Shown here piece after piece: positions 1 through 9,218 of a DNA stretch of 45,787 nucleotides; position 1 is the first letter of the stretch; the number at the start of each line of letters is the position of its first letter. Source of the stretch: Oscillospiraceae bacterium (lineage in GTDB: Bacteria > Bacillota > Clostridia > Oscillospirales > UBA929); assembly GCA_031546715.1 (NCBI GenBank), contig JAVBKA010000047.1, positions 1-45,787 on the forward strand. Reading direction: 5' to 3'. The notes beneath the pieces were generated by a model. The model was not told where the DNA came from. It saw only the letters and a list, made by a program, of their open reading frames with translations, and searched no databases. The position numbers and the translations under genes were made by a program.

Positions 1-346
1 GTGAACTTTTCAAGTAAGATACATTCAAAACTAATCTCACACGCAGCGAAGCTCATGAGGGTGCAGCGTCACGCTGCAAAAGTTCACCGAGTGAACTTTT
101 CAAGTAAGATACAACAAAATTAATCTCACACGCAGCGAAGCTCACGAGGGTGCAGCGTCACGCTGCAAAAGTTCACCGAGTGAACTTTTCAAGTAAGATA
201 CATTCAAAACTAATCTCACACGCAGCGAAGCTCATGAGGGTGCAGCGTCACGCTGCAAAAGTTCGCCGAGTGAACTTTTCAAGTAAGATACAACAAAATT
301 AATCTCACACGCAGCGAAGCTCACGAGGGTGCAGCGTCACTCTGCA
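1..346. repeat. Tandem array of ~90-bp units (A-B-A-B; 90, 89, 90 and a partial 77 bp), putative parS/centromere region
   Basis: Units start at 1, 91, 180 and 270 with GTGAACTTTTCAAGTAAGATAC. Each contains the palindrome TGCAGCGT-C-ACGCTGCA (one mismatch in unit 4). Unit junctions form AAAAGTTCAC-CGA-GTGAACTTTT (one mismatch at the third junction). Lies between parA and parB on the circle. Confidence 0.9.
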
Positions 347-373
347 TTAAACAAAATAGTTATTTTGTTTAAT
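346..373. promoter_or_regulatory. AT-rich perfect inverted repeat just upstream of the parB RBS (possible operator)
   Basis: ATTAAACAAAATA-GT-TATTTTGTTTAAT, 13-bp arms; GGAGG at 379-383 follows. Confidence 0.5.
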
Positions 374-391
374 ATATTGGAGGGTGTCATT

Positions 392-1252
392 ATGTCGTTA
401 AAGAAAAAAGATTTGTCTAGCCAGTCCCCGTCATCCGCTGCTGCTTTGTTGCCATCTTTGATGGCATCTATGGCAGTACCGCATATAGAATTGCCTGTTG
501 CGTCTCTTACGCCTGCTCCAGCTGATTGGAATTTCTTTTCGCCACTGCCTGACGGGAAATTTTTAGAACTGTGCGACTCTATTTCTCAGCATGGGCTAAT
601 TCATCCGCTTTTTATATGGGAAGCTCCAAACGGTGAAAAAATCATTTTATCCGGTCATAACCGTGTTCGTGCACTACAATCCCTATATGATGCCACAGGT
701 GACGCAAAATTCAACATCGCTCCCTGTGTCATCCGCCGCGACATATCAGAAGCCGAAGCACGCTCTTTGATAATAGACGCTAACTGGGTTGGACGTGTAC
801 TATCACCCTCCGAAAAAGCTCGCTGCGTTGCAAGACGATATGCCGAAACTGGCAGACTTGAGCGTGGCACGGGAATCCGTGCATACGACAAGGTAGCCAT
901 ACATTTTGGAATAAAAGCTACGCAAGTTTATAATTATATTAAAATTGCCTCCCTGCCTGACGAAGTTCTCAAAAAAGTTGACAGTGGTGCAATTTCACTT
1001 AAAGCCGCAGCAATGCTGACAAAGCTTACAGAACCACGGCTTGAAGGACTTCTTGAGACATTAGGCGAAAATCTCAGCACAGAAAGCATTAAAAATACAT
1101 TAAATGAAGACAATGTTGAAACTCTAAAATTTACTGTTCCGTATTATTTAGTCGAAAGTGTTAAAGCTGCTGTGGACGTCGTTTTAAATCAACCCCATCT
1201 TGCCCCGCAGCGTGACGCTGCGCCCAACAGGGCTTCGCCATGTTCTCGATAA
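392..1252 (+). CDS. parB: ParB/RepB/Spo0J-family partition protein
   Basis: ParB N-domain motifs (L..SI..HGLIHPL; ILSGHNRVRAL CTP-binding box), then LSPSEKA and an HTH-like region. GGAGG RBS supports ATG 392 rather than GTG 329. Confidence 0.88.
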   Translation: MSLKKKDLSSQSPSSAAALLPSLMASMAVPHIELPVASLTPAPADWNFFSPLPDGKFLELCDSISQHGLIHPLFIWEAPNGEKIILSGHNRVRALQSLYDATGDAKFNIAPCVIRRDISEAEARSLIIDANWVGRVLSPSEKARCVARRYAETGRLERGTGIRAYDKVAIHFGIKATQVYNYIKIASLPDEVLKKVDSGAISLKAAAMLTKLTEPRLEGLLETLGENLSTESIKNTLNEDNVETLKFTVPYYLVESVKAAVDVVLNQPHLAPQRDAAPNRASPCSR

Positions 1253-1361
1253 AACTTGCGGCTAACCTCTGAAAAGTTCACCGAGTGAACTTTTCAGCCA
1301 ACCCACCTACAAACTAATCTAAATATGCAGCGAAGCTCTAGAGGGTGCAGCGTCACGCTGC
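1207..1361. repeat. ~155-bp mirror-symmetric element, copy 2 (parB-rep junction)
   Basis: GCAGCGTGACGCTGC...GGGCTTCGC...GAAAAGTTCAC-CGA-GTGAACTTTTC...GCGAAGCTC...GCAGCGTCACGCTGC. Homologous to 45565-45719. Confidence 0.9.
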
Positions 1362-1372
1362 CGGAGGGTGTT

Positions 1373-3031
1373 ATGAAAAAAACGTTGTTACGGGCAGTTA
1401 ATGATATGAATCATATTTTAATGTCCTTTAATGAAAAACTGATTAACGAAGTGGTTTTGCGTACATTTGTAAACCTTTGTGCAAGGATTGCAAAAAATTC
1501 TCCTCCCACTATAGTTGCGCATATTACAAAACTTATTGAGCTTGAGTATATGCCTGAACAGCAAGAGGAAAACTCACTTTGGGAAGAGGCAAGCCTATTT
1601 AATTTTTATTTAGTAAGATATAGCTTTGAACAAGCAGGAATAAATTTTCACCCAGAACTTTTTAAGAAAATATACACATTAAGCGTAGCAATGTTACCAG
1701 AAAACGAAGCTAATCCATTGCTAATTTCAATACCAAGTCATATACTTTATGAAAAATTAGCCATGGCCGTTGCCACTGGAAAAAAAGGCTCATTTACAAG
1801 CGAAAATTCCGACAAATGGCCTACACATCATGTTATAGAAAAATCTTTATCCGCAAATTTTCTCATGCGCCCATCCTTTGACAGACCGCTAAGCCTTATT
1901 GAAAGCTCCCCTGGATATACTTCACTTTTACAGCTGATGCAAACTAGGCTAACTCATCTTGATGAGCTGACAATGGATGTAATGCACATAATTTGCGCAC
2001 GCTGGCTAGAAGCAAATCCAAGCACATCAACAGAACAAATACGCTTAACAGCAGACGATATTTTAGAAGCCAGAGGACTAAAACGTCACTTAAATGCAGA
2101 CGGCAGACGAGGGGGCTTCACACGAGAGCAAAGAGACAGTATCCACCTGCGAATGGCGGCACTTTCTTCCCTATGGGTAAGCGTAAATGATATGCGTATT
2201 ACAGTGTTAGAGAGTGGAAAACGTGTGCGAAAATCCACCAGATATGAATCCCCTGCCTTGGTAATTACTGGTCGTTTTGGTGAAATTAGCGAAGATGGTG
2301 ACGTAGATTTATGGACATGGAATGTACGCCCAGGAGACGTATTTTCTGCTTTTTTGCTAGATCCAGCCAGCAGAGAAATTGGACTTTTTCCAGAAAAATC
2401 TTTAACCTATGACCCAATACGCCAGAGCTGGGAAAAAAAGTTATCCTTTTATTTATCATGGCAATGGAGAATTCAACGGTCAAAAGGCTACTTTAAGCCA
2501 TACAAAGTACAAACGTTGCTGAACGCCATTCACGAAGAAATAGATACCGCACATCCAGTACGAACCAGAGAGCGACTAGAAAAAGCTCTTGACACACTAG
2601 AAGAAGATAAGCTAATTCAAAAATGGCAATACGGAAGAAGCTGTCATGAAGAAGAGCTTCCCTTAAAGGGCTGGCACTCTGCTTGGTTAAATTGGAACAT
2701 AAACATTAAGCCCACAAAACAAATAATAACCCCCATACTTCAAAATGAAGACCCCAAAGAAAACCAACTGTCACTTTTTAATATATCCGATGAAATACCA
2801 ACAAAAGATGACCCAAATGCAGATAACTGTGAACAAAAATCTATTGCTTCTTGTCCACCAGATTATGCAGAAACGTTAAAATCACTAAGAGCAACTGCAG
2901 GTCTTTCTCAGGGGCAAGCAGCCGCAAAATTAGGGGTTGCAAGAACCCTAATTAATCAGGTTGAATCAGGCAAAAAAACAGCCTCTGCAGCACTGATTTT
3001 GAAGATAGAAAAATGGGCAAAAAACCCCTAG
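1373..3031 (+). CDS. Putative plasmid replication initiator with C-terminal XRE/cro-type HTH
   Basis: Follows parAB and directly precedes iterons. C-terminal LKSLRATAGLSQGQAAAKLGVARTLINQVESGKK is an XRE HTH. GGAGG RBS supports ATG 1373. The Rep role is inferred from context. Confidence 0.62.
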   Translation: MKKTLLRAVNDMNHILMSFNEKLINEVVLRTFVNLCARIAKNSPPTIVAHITKLIELEYMPEQQEENSLWEEASLFNFYLVRYSFEQAGINFHPELFKKIYTLSVAMLPENEANPLLISIPSHILYEKLAMAVATGKKGSFTSENSDKWPTHHVIEKSLSANFLMRPSFDRPLSLIESSPGYTSLLQLMQTRLTHLDELTMDVMHIICARWLEANPSTSTEQIRLTADDILEARGLKRHLNADGRRGGFTREQRDSIHLRMAALSSLWVSVNDMRITVLESGKRVRKSTRYESPALVITGRFGEISEDGDVDLWTWNVRPGDVFSAFLLDPASREIGLFPEKSLTYDPIRQSWEKKLSFYLSWQWRIQRSKGYFKPYKVQTLLNAIHEEIDTAHPVRTRERLEKALDTLEEDKLIQKWQYGRSCHEEELPLKGWHSAWLNWNINIKPTKQIITPILQNEDPKENQLSLFNISDEIPTKDDPNADNCEQKSIASCPPDYAETLKSLRATAGLSQGQAAAKLGVARTLINQVESGKKTASAALILKIEKWAKNP

Positions 3032-3052
3032 GTGTCACGAAAAAAAGGGCAA

Positions 3053-3118
3053 ATGTCGCCACCATCCTGTCGCAATGTCGCCATTACCCTGTCGCAATGT
3101 CGCCATTACCCTGTCGCA
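3053..3118 (+). repeat. Three 22-bp direct repeats (iterons) of the putative origin
   Basis: ATGTCGCCACCATCCTGTCGCA at 3053, ATGTCGCCATTACCCTGTCGCA at 3075 and 3097. Each unit holds two TGTCGC cores. Confidence 0.85.
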
Positions 3119-3169
3119 AGCACTTTTTATAAGCCTTGCAGCGCAACGGTTTCAGCGAGGTGTCACAGC

Positions 3170-3194
3170 TTAACTATATTTAACTATATTTAAC
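3170..3194 (+). repeat. AT-rich 10-bp repeats, putative DNA-unwinding element
   Basis: TTAACTATAT x2.5, about 50 bp downstream of the iterons, flanked by inverted GGTGTCAC/GTGACACC boxes. Confidence 0.65.
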
Positions 3195-3274
3195 CGAACG
3201 TGACAGGCGTGACACCCTGTTCACACGTGCTATAATAAAATAAAATTTTATGATTTTCTTGCACGGAGGGCTGT

Positions 3275-4996
3275 ATGGAAATAAGAGAATTTACCTCACT
3301 TTTGAAAAAAATAAAACGTCAAAAAGATGGGTATATCGCCTGCTGTCCTGCCCATGATGATAAAACACCTTCACTTTCCATTAAATCTGCTGAAGACGGT
3401 AAAATTTTGCTTCATTGTTTTGCTGGTTGTGATACTTCATCTATTTTGTCAACAATGAAACTTACGGAATCCGATTTATTTCCACAAGAAAAACAAAAAA
3501 TTATTAAAAAAAATTCACCAACTCTAAAAAAAATATATACATATTGCGATATTAATAACAACCCCATTTTTGAAGTATGCCGCTACGAGCCCAAGGACTT
3601 TCGCATACGCCATTTTGGGAATGGGGGGTACATCTATGGGCTAGGGGACATCCAGCCCGTCTTGTACAACCTCCCAGAGGCATCACAAGCGGATACGGTG
3701 TATATATGCGAAGGTGAAAAGGACGCAGACTTACTAATTGCCCATGGACTTGCGGCAACGACTGCTCCAATGGGAGCGGGAAAATGGCGAGAGAGCTATA
3801 CTGAGCAGCTTTTGCATGTAAAAAAAGTTGTAATCATCCCGGACTGTGACAGCGCAGGGAAAAAACATGCGTATCAAATTATAAAAGCCATGAACAAAAT
3901 ACCCTGCGAAATTATTGACCTTAAATCAATTGACCCAAGCTTACCTGATAAATCTGATGTATCAGATTTATTAAAAAACCATACACTTGATGAACTACTA
4001 TCAGCTCCTCGAATAGCAGGTGAAAACTATTTAACTGATAATGTAAATGTTTCAGACCAAACAGCAACCATTATTCTTCAAAACTATGTTAAAAATAATT
4101 TTTGGGCAGATATTAATAAAAATAAAGATTCTTTTTTTATGCGTACTGGGTTTCCCTCGCTAGATAAAATTTTAGGTAACACATTGTCCCCAGGATTATA
4201 CATACTTGGCGCAGTATCATCTCTTGGTAAAAGTGCTTTTTGTTCTCAATTATGCGATACATGGGCATTACAACACCATCATGTATTGTTTTTTTCCTTA
4301 GAAATGTCTGTGCATGAAATGACAGCAAGAACACTCGCAAGACTATTATTTCAGCATAAACCAGAGCAAGAAACATCCATTACTACTGGAGATATTTTAC
4401 GAGGAAACGTAGATAAGCTAAAACTTACAGAAATAATTGAAAATCAATTATCAAATTTTGACAAGTATATTACATACGCAGAAGGTAATTTTAATATAGG
4501 AGTTTCTCAAGTGCGTAGCATTTGCGAGGAATACAAAGAAACATATAGCGTAAAACCAATTGTTTTTATTGATTATTTACAAGTTTTGACGCCTTCATCA
4601 GCACGGTTGACAGATAAGCAATCTGTAGATTATAATGTAGTCGAATTAAAACGAATTTCTAGAGATTTAGACATACCAATTATTGCGGTTTCTTCACTAA
4701 ACAGGCAAAATTATAACGAAGAATTGAACTTTTCAGCGTTCAAAGAGTCAGGGGCAATTGAGTACTCTGCAGATTTTGTAATGGGCCTGCAAGCATCAGG
4801 AGTTTCAGCAGCAGCGTCAAATATGGCGGTTGACGAAAAAAAACTAACAAGACAGATTGCACAGTGCGTTAAAACTGTAAAAATGCAGATACCTAGACAG
4901 TTGGAAGCAGTGGTGCTGAAGAATCGGCGGGGTGAGGCTATGGGCAAGTTTGAGCTTAGGTATTGGCCGGGGCAGAATTGGTTTGAGGAAGGGTAG
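3275..4996 (+). CDS. Fused primase-helicase (Zn-binding + TOPRIM + DnaB-like SF4 helicase)
   Basis: CPAHDD...LLHCFAGC zinc motif; VYICEGEKDA and IIPDCD TOPRIM motifs; GAVSSLGKS Walker A, FSLEM, IDYLQ, SSLNR, ESGAIEYSAD and KNRRG helicase motifs. Confidence 0.9.
   Translation: MEIREFTSLLKKIKRQKDGYIACCPAHDDKTPSLSIKSAEDGKILLHCFAGCDTSSILSTMKLTESDLFPQEKQKIIKKNSPTLKKIYTYCDINNNPIFEVCRYEPKDFRIRHFGNGGYIYGLGDIQPVLYNLPEASQADTVYICEGEKDADLLIAHGLAATTAPMGAGKWRESYTEQLLHVKKVVIIPDCDSAGKKHAYQIIKAMNKIPCEIIDLKSIDPSLPDKSDVSDLLKNHTLDELLSAPRIAGENYLTDNVNVSDQTATIILQNYVKNNFWADINKNKDSFFMRTGFPSLDKILGNTLSPGLYILGAVSSLGKSAFCSQLCDTWALQHHHVLFFSLEMSVHEMTARTLARLLFQHKPEQETSITTGDILRGNVDKLKLTEIIENQLSNFDKYITYAEGNFNIGVSQVRSICEEYKETYSVKPIVFIDYLQVLTPSSARLTDKQSVDYNVVELKRISRDLDIPIIAVSSLNRQNYNEELNFSAFKESGAIEYSADFVMGLQASGVSAAASNMAVDEKKLTRQIAQCVKTVKMQIPRQLEAVVLKNRRGEAMGKFELRYWPGQNWFEEG
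4607..4636 (+). promoter_or_regulatory. Consensus sigma-A promoter inside the helicase CDS, facing glycan operon A
   Basis: TTGACA (4607-4612), 18 nt, TATAAT (4631-4636). The palindrome ACAGAT-N5-ATCTGT overlaps the -35 box and spacer. Confidence 0.6.
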
Positions 4997-5207
4997 GTCG
5001 TGAGGATACGCGAATTAAGGGAACGATATAATTCGGTATAGTTAATCACATAAAATGGCATATAAATGCGTTTTTACTAGTTTCTTACAACTTTTATATT
5101 TAAACCACTTAACAAATTAACACCAAGTGCACAACTATCTTGTAATCAGCCGATACTACTGTGTTTTACACATAGTAATATATTTGTTTTAAGGATGTGA
5201 ATTCTGG

Positions 5208-6077
5208 GTGAGCAATGTAAAAAATAATTGTACGTTAGTTGTTTGCAGTTGCGATAGATATGAGGATTTATGGTTTCCCTTCTTTGAAATGTTTTCTATT
5301 AATTGGGCAAATTGTCCTTATCCTGTTGTTTTAAATACAGAGTCGAAGAGCTTTTCTCACCCTAAGGTATCAGTAAAGACTCAGCAGCTATATATTAACA
5401 CTGCAACACCTCCATGGGCTCGACGACTTATCGAGACGCTTAAAAAGATTGACACTGAATACGTTTTTTTGACACTGGATGATTTTTTTATTGTTGAGCC
5501 TGTAAATCAGAGTAAAATTGATGAATGCATAGGCTATATGGAAAAAGATCGTAACATCGGCGCATTTCAGTTTGAAAGCGCTGGATATTCGCCAGCCCGT
5601 ACGAGAAAAAGTGGTACGCCTGGCGATGATCATAATCCATCTAAAATAACCGGGTTTTTTATTAAAAATCATAAACGTCACTGGAAGTGTCAAGTTGTCC
5701 CTTCTATTTGGCGAAGAAAAACCTTAATCAAGTATTTACGACCACACGAAAGTGCATGGGGATGGGAAGCTTGGGGCAGCATGCGTGCGCGTAGATATAA
5801 AGAAGATATTTATGGCGAAATTAACACCGACGACATGGTTTATAAGTTTGCATTTGAGCCAAGGATGGGTGGTGCATCAGCTGTTGTAAATGGTAAGTGG
5901 GTAGTTAGTGCAGTTGATTCTGTATTTAAAACGTATGGAATAGAAGTTGATTATTTAGGACTTGGCACAACGACAATTGAGGCTTATTCAAGCGCCACTT
6001 TAAACGGAACTATATTAAAAATGCCAATTCCTATGATTATTAAAAAAACTATTGGAGTAATAAAATCCTTAATATAA
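5208..6077 (+). CDS. Putative GT-A-fold glycosyltransferase / glycan-cluster protein
   Basis: CDRYEDLW, YVFLTLDDFF (DXD-like) and PSIWRR motifs; first gene of the glycan cluster. Confidence 0.55.
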   Translation: MSNVKNNCTLVVCSCDRYEDLWFPFFEMFSINWANCPYPVVLNTESKSFSHPKVSVKTQQLYINTATPPWARRLIETLKKIDTEYVFLTLDDFFIVEPVNQSKIDECIGYMEKDRNIGAFQFESAGYSPARTRKSGTPGDDHNPSKITGFFIKNHKRHWKCQVVPSIWRRKTLIKYLRPHESAWGWEAWGSMRARRYKEDIYGEINTDDMVYKFAFEPRMGGASAVVNGKWVVSAVDSVFKTYGIEVDYLGLGTTTIEAYSSATLNGTILKMPIPMIIKKTIGVIKSLI

Positions 6078-6093
6078 AATTTTATTACTCCAG

Positions 6094-6136
6094 AGTGATA
6101 TTCCAGAACAACCAAGAGTTGTTCTGGAATATCACT
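6094..6136. repeat. Perfect 19-bp inverted repeat next to the RBS of the sialyltransferase-like gene
   Basis: AGTGATATTCCAGAACAAC-CAAGA-GTTGTTCTGGAATATCACT; no U-tract on the + strand. Confidence 0.8.
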
Positions 6137-6153
6137 TGTGGAGGTATGTTACA

Positions 6154-7287
6154 TTGGATTTTTATTTTGCAGGCGGTCCATATTATATTTTTCACCAAAT
6201 AAATCTAGCTTTACATGAAAACAAAGGTCACCCCGGCGACCTAATTATTGCCGACATCTTTGACGGGGCAGTAGAAATTGCCCAGAAGATTAGAACGGCA
6301 AAAATTTTTGAAAATGTATATCTTCTAGATAAACGCCAAAGCGTTTTAGTCAGCGGGATTCCAAATCGAACATTGCTACGTAAGGTCGTTGGAAGGTTAG
6401 GTCGGGAATTTTTAAATCTCCCGTTTATATTATCTCAGCATAAATATAAGGGCTTTCCTTTCTATGGGAAACAATATAGATATATTTACACAGGGCTTCA
6501 AGATGGCTTTTTAAATACTTTTTATGTAAAACAAATAAAAAATGGAGGGAAATTTTTTTTGGTCGATGATGGGCTAGGCGATAGAACTCGGCATATGTTT
6601 GATATGCCGTTATTTTATAAAATATTTTCCTATTTTGGCTCACAATCTTACTATCAATATATTTCAGGCGCATATTTTTATTCATTGGATTGCATTACTG
6701 GAAAAGCGTATTATCCTTTCTTAGAACAGATCAAGCCCCAGCCTTCGGACAAAGAGATTTTTGCTAAAATCTTTGATTACCATACTGAAGATGACCAAAT
6801 GTTGCGCTATCCATTTATATATTATACGCTTGGTCGAACAAAAGAAGATTATCTACAAAACGAAATTAGCCTAATACGAAATGCAATAGGAAAATCATTA
6901 CAAACCGGATTTGCTCTGAAAATGCACCCTTGGGACGGTCCTTCTATTAGCGGGTTTCCTCTATTAGAATCAACACTCCCTTTTGAAGTTGCTTGTCTTT
7001 TCCATGATATGGACAACAAAGTTTTAATTGCATCACACTCTGCGGTTTTGTTTAATTCTAAATTTATTTACGATAAAGAACCTTATCTTATATTTATGTG
7101 GAAACTTATTGGCATACCAACAAGTGAAATTATTTTTTCCGATTTAACTCTTGATCAAATAGTTCAACACATGCTAATTGACAGGTATCGTAATCCTAAA
7201 AAAATATTTATACCCGAATCTGTAGAAGAGCTTGTTGAAATACTGGATAAACTTTCAAAGATTTTACAAGGAGGAAGCGATGTCTAA
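6154..7287 (+). CDS. Putative CMP-nonulosonate (sialyl/legionaminyl) transferase
   Basis: Bacterial sialyltransferase motifs D/E-D/E-G (LVDDG) and HP (KMHP), plus PFEV and HSAV. Same cargo carries neuABC. GGAGG at 6140 supports TTG 6154. Confidence 0.65.
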   Translation: MDFYFAGGPYYIFHQINLALHENKGHPGDLIIADIFDGAVEIAQKIRTAKIFENVYLLDKRQSVLVSGIPNRTLLRKVVGRLGREFLNLPFILSQHKYKGFPFYGKQYRYIYTGLQDGFLNTFYVKQIKNGGKFFLVDDGLGDRTRHMFDMPLFYKIFSYFGSQSYYQYISGAYFYSLDCITGKAYYPFLEQIKPQPSDKEIFAKIFDYHTEDDQMLRYPFIYYTLGRTKEDYLQNEISLIRNAIGKSLQTGFALKMHPWDGPSISGFPLLESTLPFEVACLFHDMDNKVLIASHSAVLFNSKFIYDKEPYLIFMWKLIGIPTSEIIFSDLTLDQIVQHMLIDRYRNPKKIFIPESVEELVEILDKLSKILQGGSDV

Positions 7288-8257
7288 TATTGCGATAATT
7301 GGAGCAGGCGGACTAGGGTCGAGGCATTTACAGTCTGTTGCACAAATGAAAAGAGATATATGTATTCAAGTTGTGGATGTATCTCGCGATTCACTGGAAA
7401 AATCAGCTGTTCTATATAACCAAGTCACGCATGATTTTGTTAGCAAGGTCGAATTTTTCGAGGATATTGCATCGCTTAGCACTAATCTGGATGCGGTCAT
7501 TATTGCAACAACGTCAAAACCAAGACTACACATACTAGAGACCCTTTTGTCACAAAAGAAAGTTAAAAATATAGTGCTCGAGAAATTTTTGTTTCCAAGT
7601 ATTGCTGATTATGATGAGGCGGAAAAATTACTATCAGCACACGGGTGTAACGTGTGGGTCAATTGCCCACGCCGAGAATGGACATCATATGATAAAATCA
7701 GGCAACTATTCATTAACGAAAAACTACTGCAAGTCTCTGTTTGCGGGTCAAATTGGGGCCTTGGGTGTAATTCCATACATTTTTTAGATCTGATTTCGTT
7801 TCTTACTGGCAAAACTAATGATGTAACGTGGGATATTAGTCGTCTTGACTGTGGAACTACTGCTAGCAAGCGATCAGGGTATATTGAATTTTCAGGAACT
7901 CTGTTAGGGCAGTTTAATAATGGCAGTAATTTTACCTTAACTAGTCATTCAACGGGACAACTTCCTGTTGTAATCGAACTTTTAAGTGATCAAGCTAGAT
8001 GTATTGTTTTCGAATATTGTCAGAGAGTTTTTATTTCTACCGCATCAAATAACTGGACGATAGATGAATGTACATTTGATACGCCATACCAAAGTCAGAT
8101 TACAGGAAGAATTATTAATGATATTTTAGATACAGGGGCATGCAAGTTACCGACATATATTGAATCTTCGGCTATGCACAAGCCACTACTCACTGCATTT
8201 TTAAAGCACGTAAATATTAATAAAAATGACGAGGTGACGGAATGTTTAATAACTTAG
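7280..8257 (+). CDS. Gfo/Idh/MocA-family oxidoreductase
   Basis: IIGAGGLG Rossmann motif, LEKF, VNCPRR, NSIHFLD. GGAGG RBS supports ATG 7280. Confidence 0.85.
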   Translation: MSNIAIIGAGGLGSRHLQSVAQMKRDICIQVVDVSRDSLEKSAVLYNQVTHDFVSKVEFFEDIASLSTNLDAVIIATTSKPRLHILETLLSQKKVKNIVLEKFLFPSIADYDEAEKLLSAHGCNVWVNCPRREWTSYDKIRQLFINEKLLQVSVCGSNWGLGCNSIHFLDLISFLTGKTNDVTWDISRLDCGTTASKRSGYIEFSGTLLGQFNNGSNFTLTSHSTGQLPVVIELLSDQARCIVFEYCQRVFISTASNNWTIDECTFDTPYQSQITGRIINDILDTGACKLPTYIESSAMHKPLLTAFLKHVNINKNDEVTECLIT

Positions 8258-9198
8258 GAAGTATTTGGCTTGTTGGCTCAGGGCTAATGGCTGTTGATTA
8301 TGCAAAAGTGTTATCATCGCTTAATCCTAATTTTTCTGTTATTGGTCGAAGCGAACAGGGTGCTTCGAATTTTTATCAAAAAACTGGGATTGCAGCTACC
8401 CCTGGGGGGGTAGCTGCCTTTGCAAAGAACAACGAACTCCCTAATTACGCAATTGTATCTGTAAATGTTGAAGAGCTTTCGTCGGTAGCTCTTTTTTTAA
8501 TAAAAAATGGAGTTAAAAATATTTTATTAGAGAAGCCAGGCGGAACAAATATTGATGAAATTTCAAAAATAGCTATTTTTGCAAAAAAAATTGGAGCAAA
8601 CGTTCAAGTAGCATATAACCGCAGATTTTATAGTTCTACTCTGGAGGCCAACCGTATTATCGATGCTGACGGTGGTGTAACCTCTTTCAATTTCGAGTTT
8701 ACAGAATGGTCACATCAAATTGAAAAATTAAATTTCCCAAAAGCCAAAAGCGAAATATGGTTTTTAGCAAATTCCACACATGTAGTTGATCTTGCATTCT
8801 ATTTAGGAGGTAACCCTAAAAAAATGAGCTGTTACACGGCCGGTTCCCTTGACTGGTACAAGACTGCTAGTATTTTCTCGGGCTCAGGAATATCTGAAAA
8901 AGGCGCACTCTTTTCATATCAAGCAAACTGGAAAAGTCCCGGACGATGGAGCGTTGAGATGCTTACACTAAAGCATCGTTTAATATTCAAACCGATGGAG
9001 CAATTGCACATACAAAATATTGGATCAGTTTCCGTCGAGCAGGTTCAACTCGATGATTCATTGGACAAAAAATATAAGCCCGGTCTCTATCTACAAACCA
9101 AGGCATTTCTTGAAAACAATACTATGCCAAATATCATAAATATACATCAACACTTGCAAAACATGGCGTTTTACGAGCAAATTGAGCATGGTAATTAA
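8242..9198 (+). CDS. Gfo/Idh/MocA-family oxidoreductase
   Basis: LVGSGLMA, LLEKPG, AYNRRF, NSTHVVD. Confidence 0.85.
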   Translation: MFNNLGSIWLVGSGLMAVDYAKVLSSLNPNFSVIGRSEQGASNFYQKTGIAATPGGVAAFAKNNELPNYAIVSVNVEELSSVALFLIKNGVKNILLEKPGGTNIDEISKIAIFAKKIGANVQVAYNRRFYSSTLEANRIIDADGGVTSFNFEFTEWSHQIEKLNFPKAKSEIWFLANSTHVVDLAFYLGGNPKKMSCYTAGSLDWYKTASIFSGSGISEKGALFSYQANWKSPGRWSVEMLTLKHRLIFKPMEQLHIQNIGSVSVEQVQLDDSLDKKYKPGLYLQTKAFLENNTMPNIINIHQHLQNMAFYEQIEHGN

Positions 9199-9218
9199 CA
9201 TAAAGAATTTTACATGTT

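Noticed and set aside
1-346. CRISPR array
   Set aside because: Whole ~90-bp units repeat with no unique spacers, and there are no cas genes.
4725-4736. Extra half-site TGAACTTTTCAG inside the helicase gene
   Set aside because: Only one half-site, not conserved in the pseudo-copy, and explained by coding sequence.
3275-4996. Prophage or phage satellite
   Set aside because: No integrase, terminase, capsid or tail genes; the context is par/rep/mob.
5149-5156. Sigma-28 promoter (GCCGATAC) implying flagellin glycosylation
   Set aside because: No TAAA -35 element at the right spacing, and no maf or flagellin gene.
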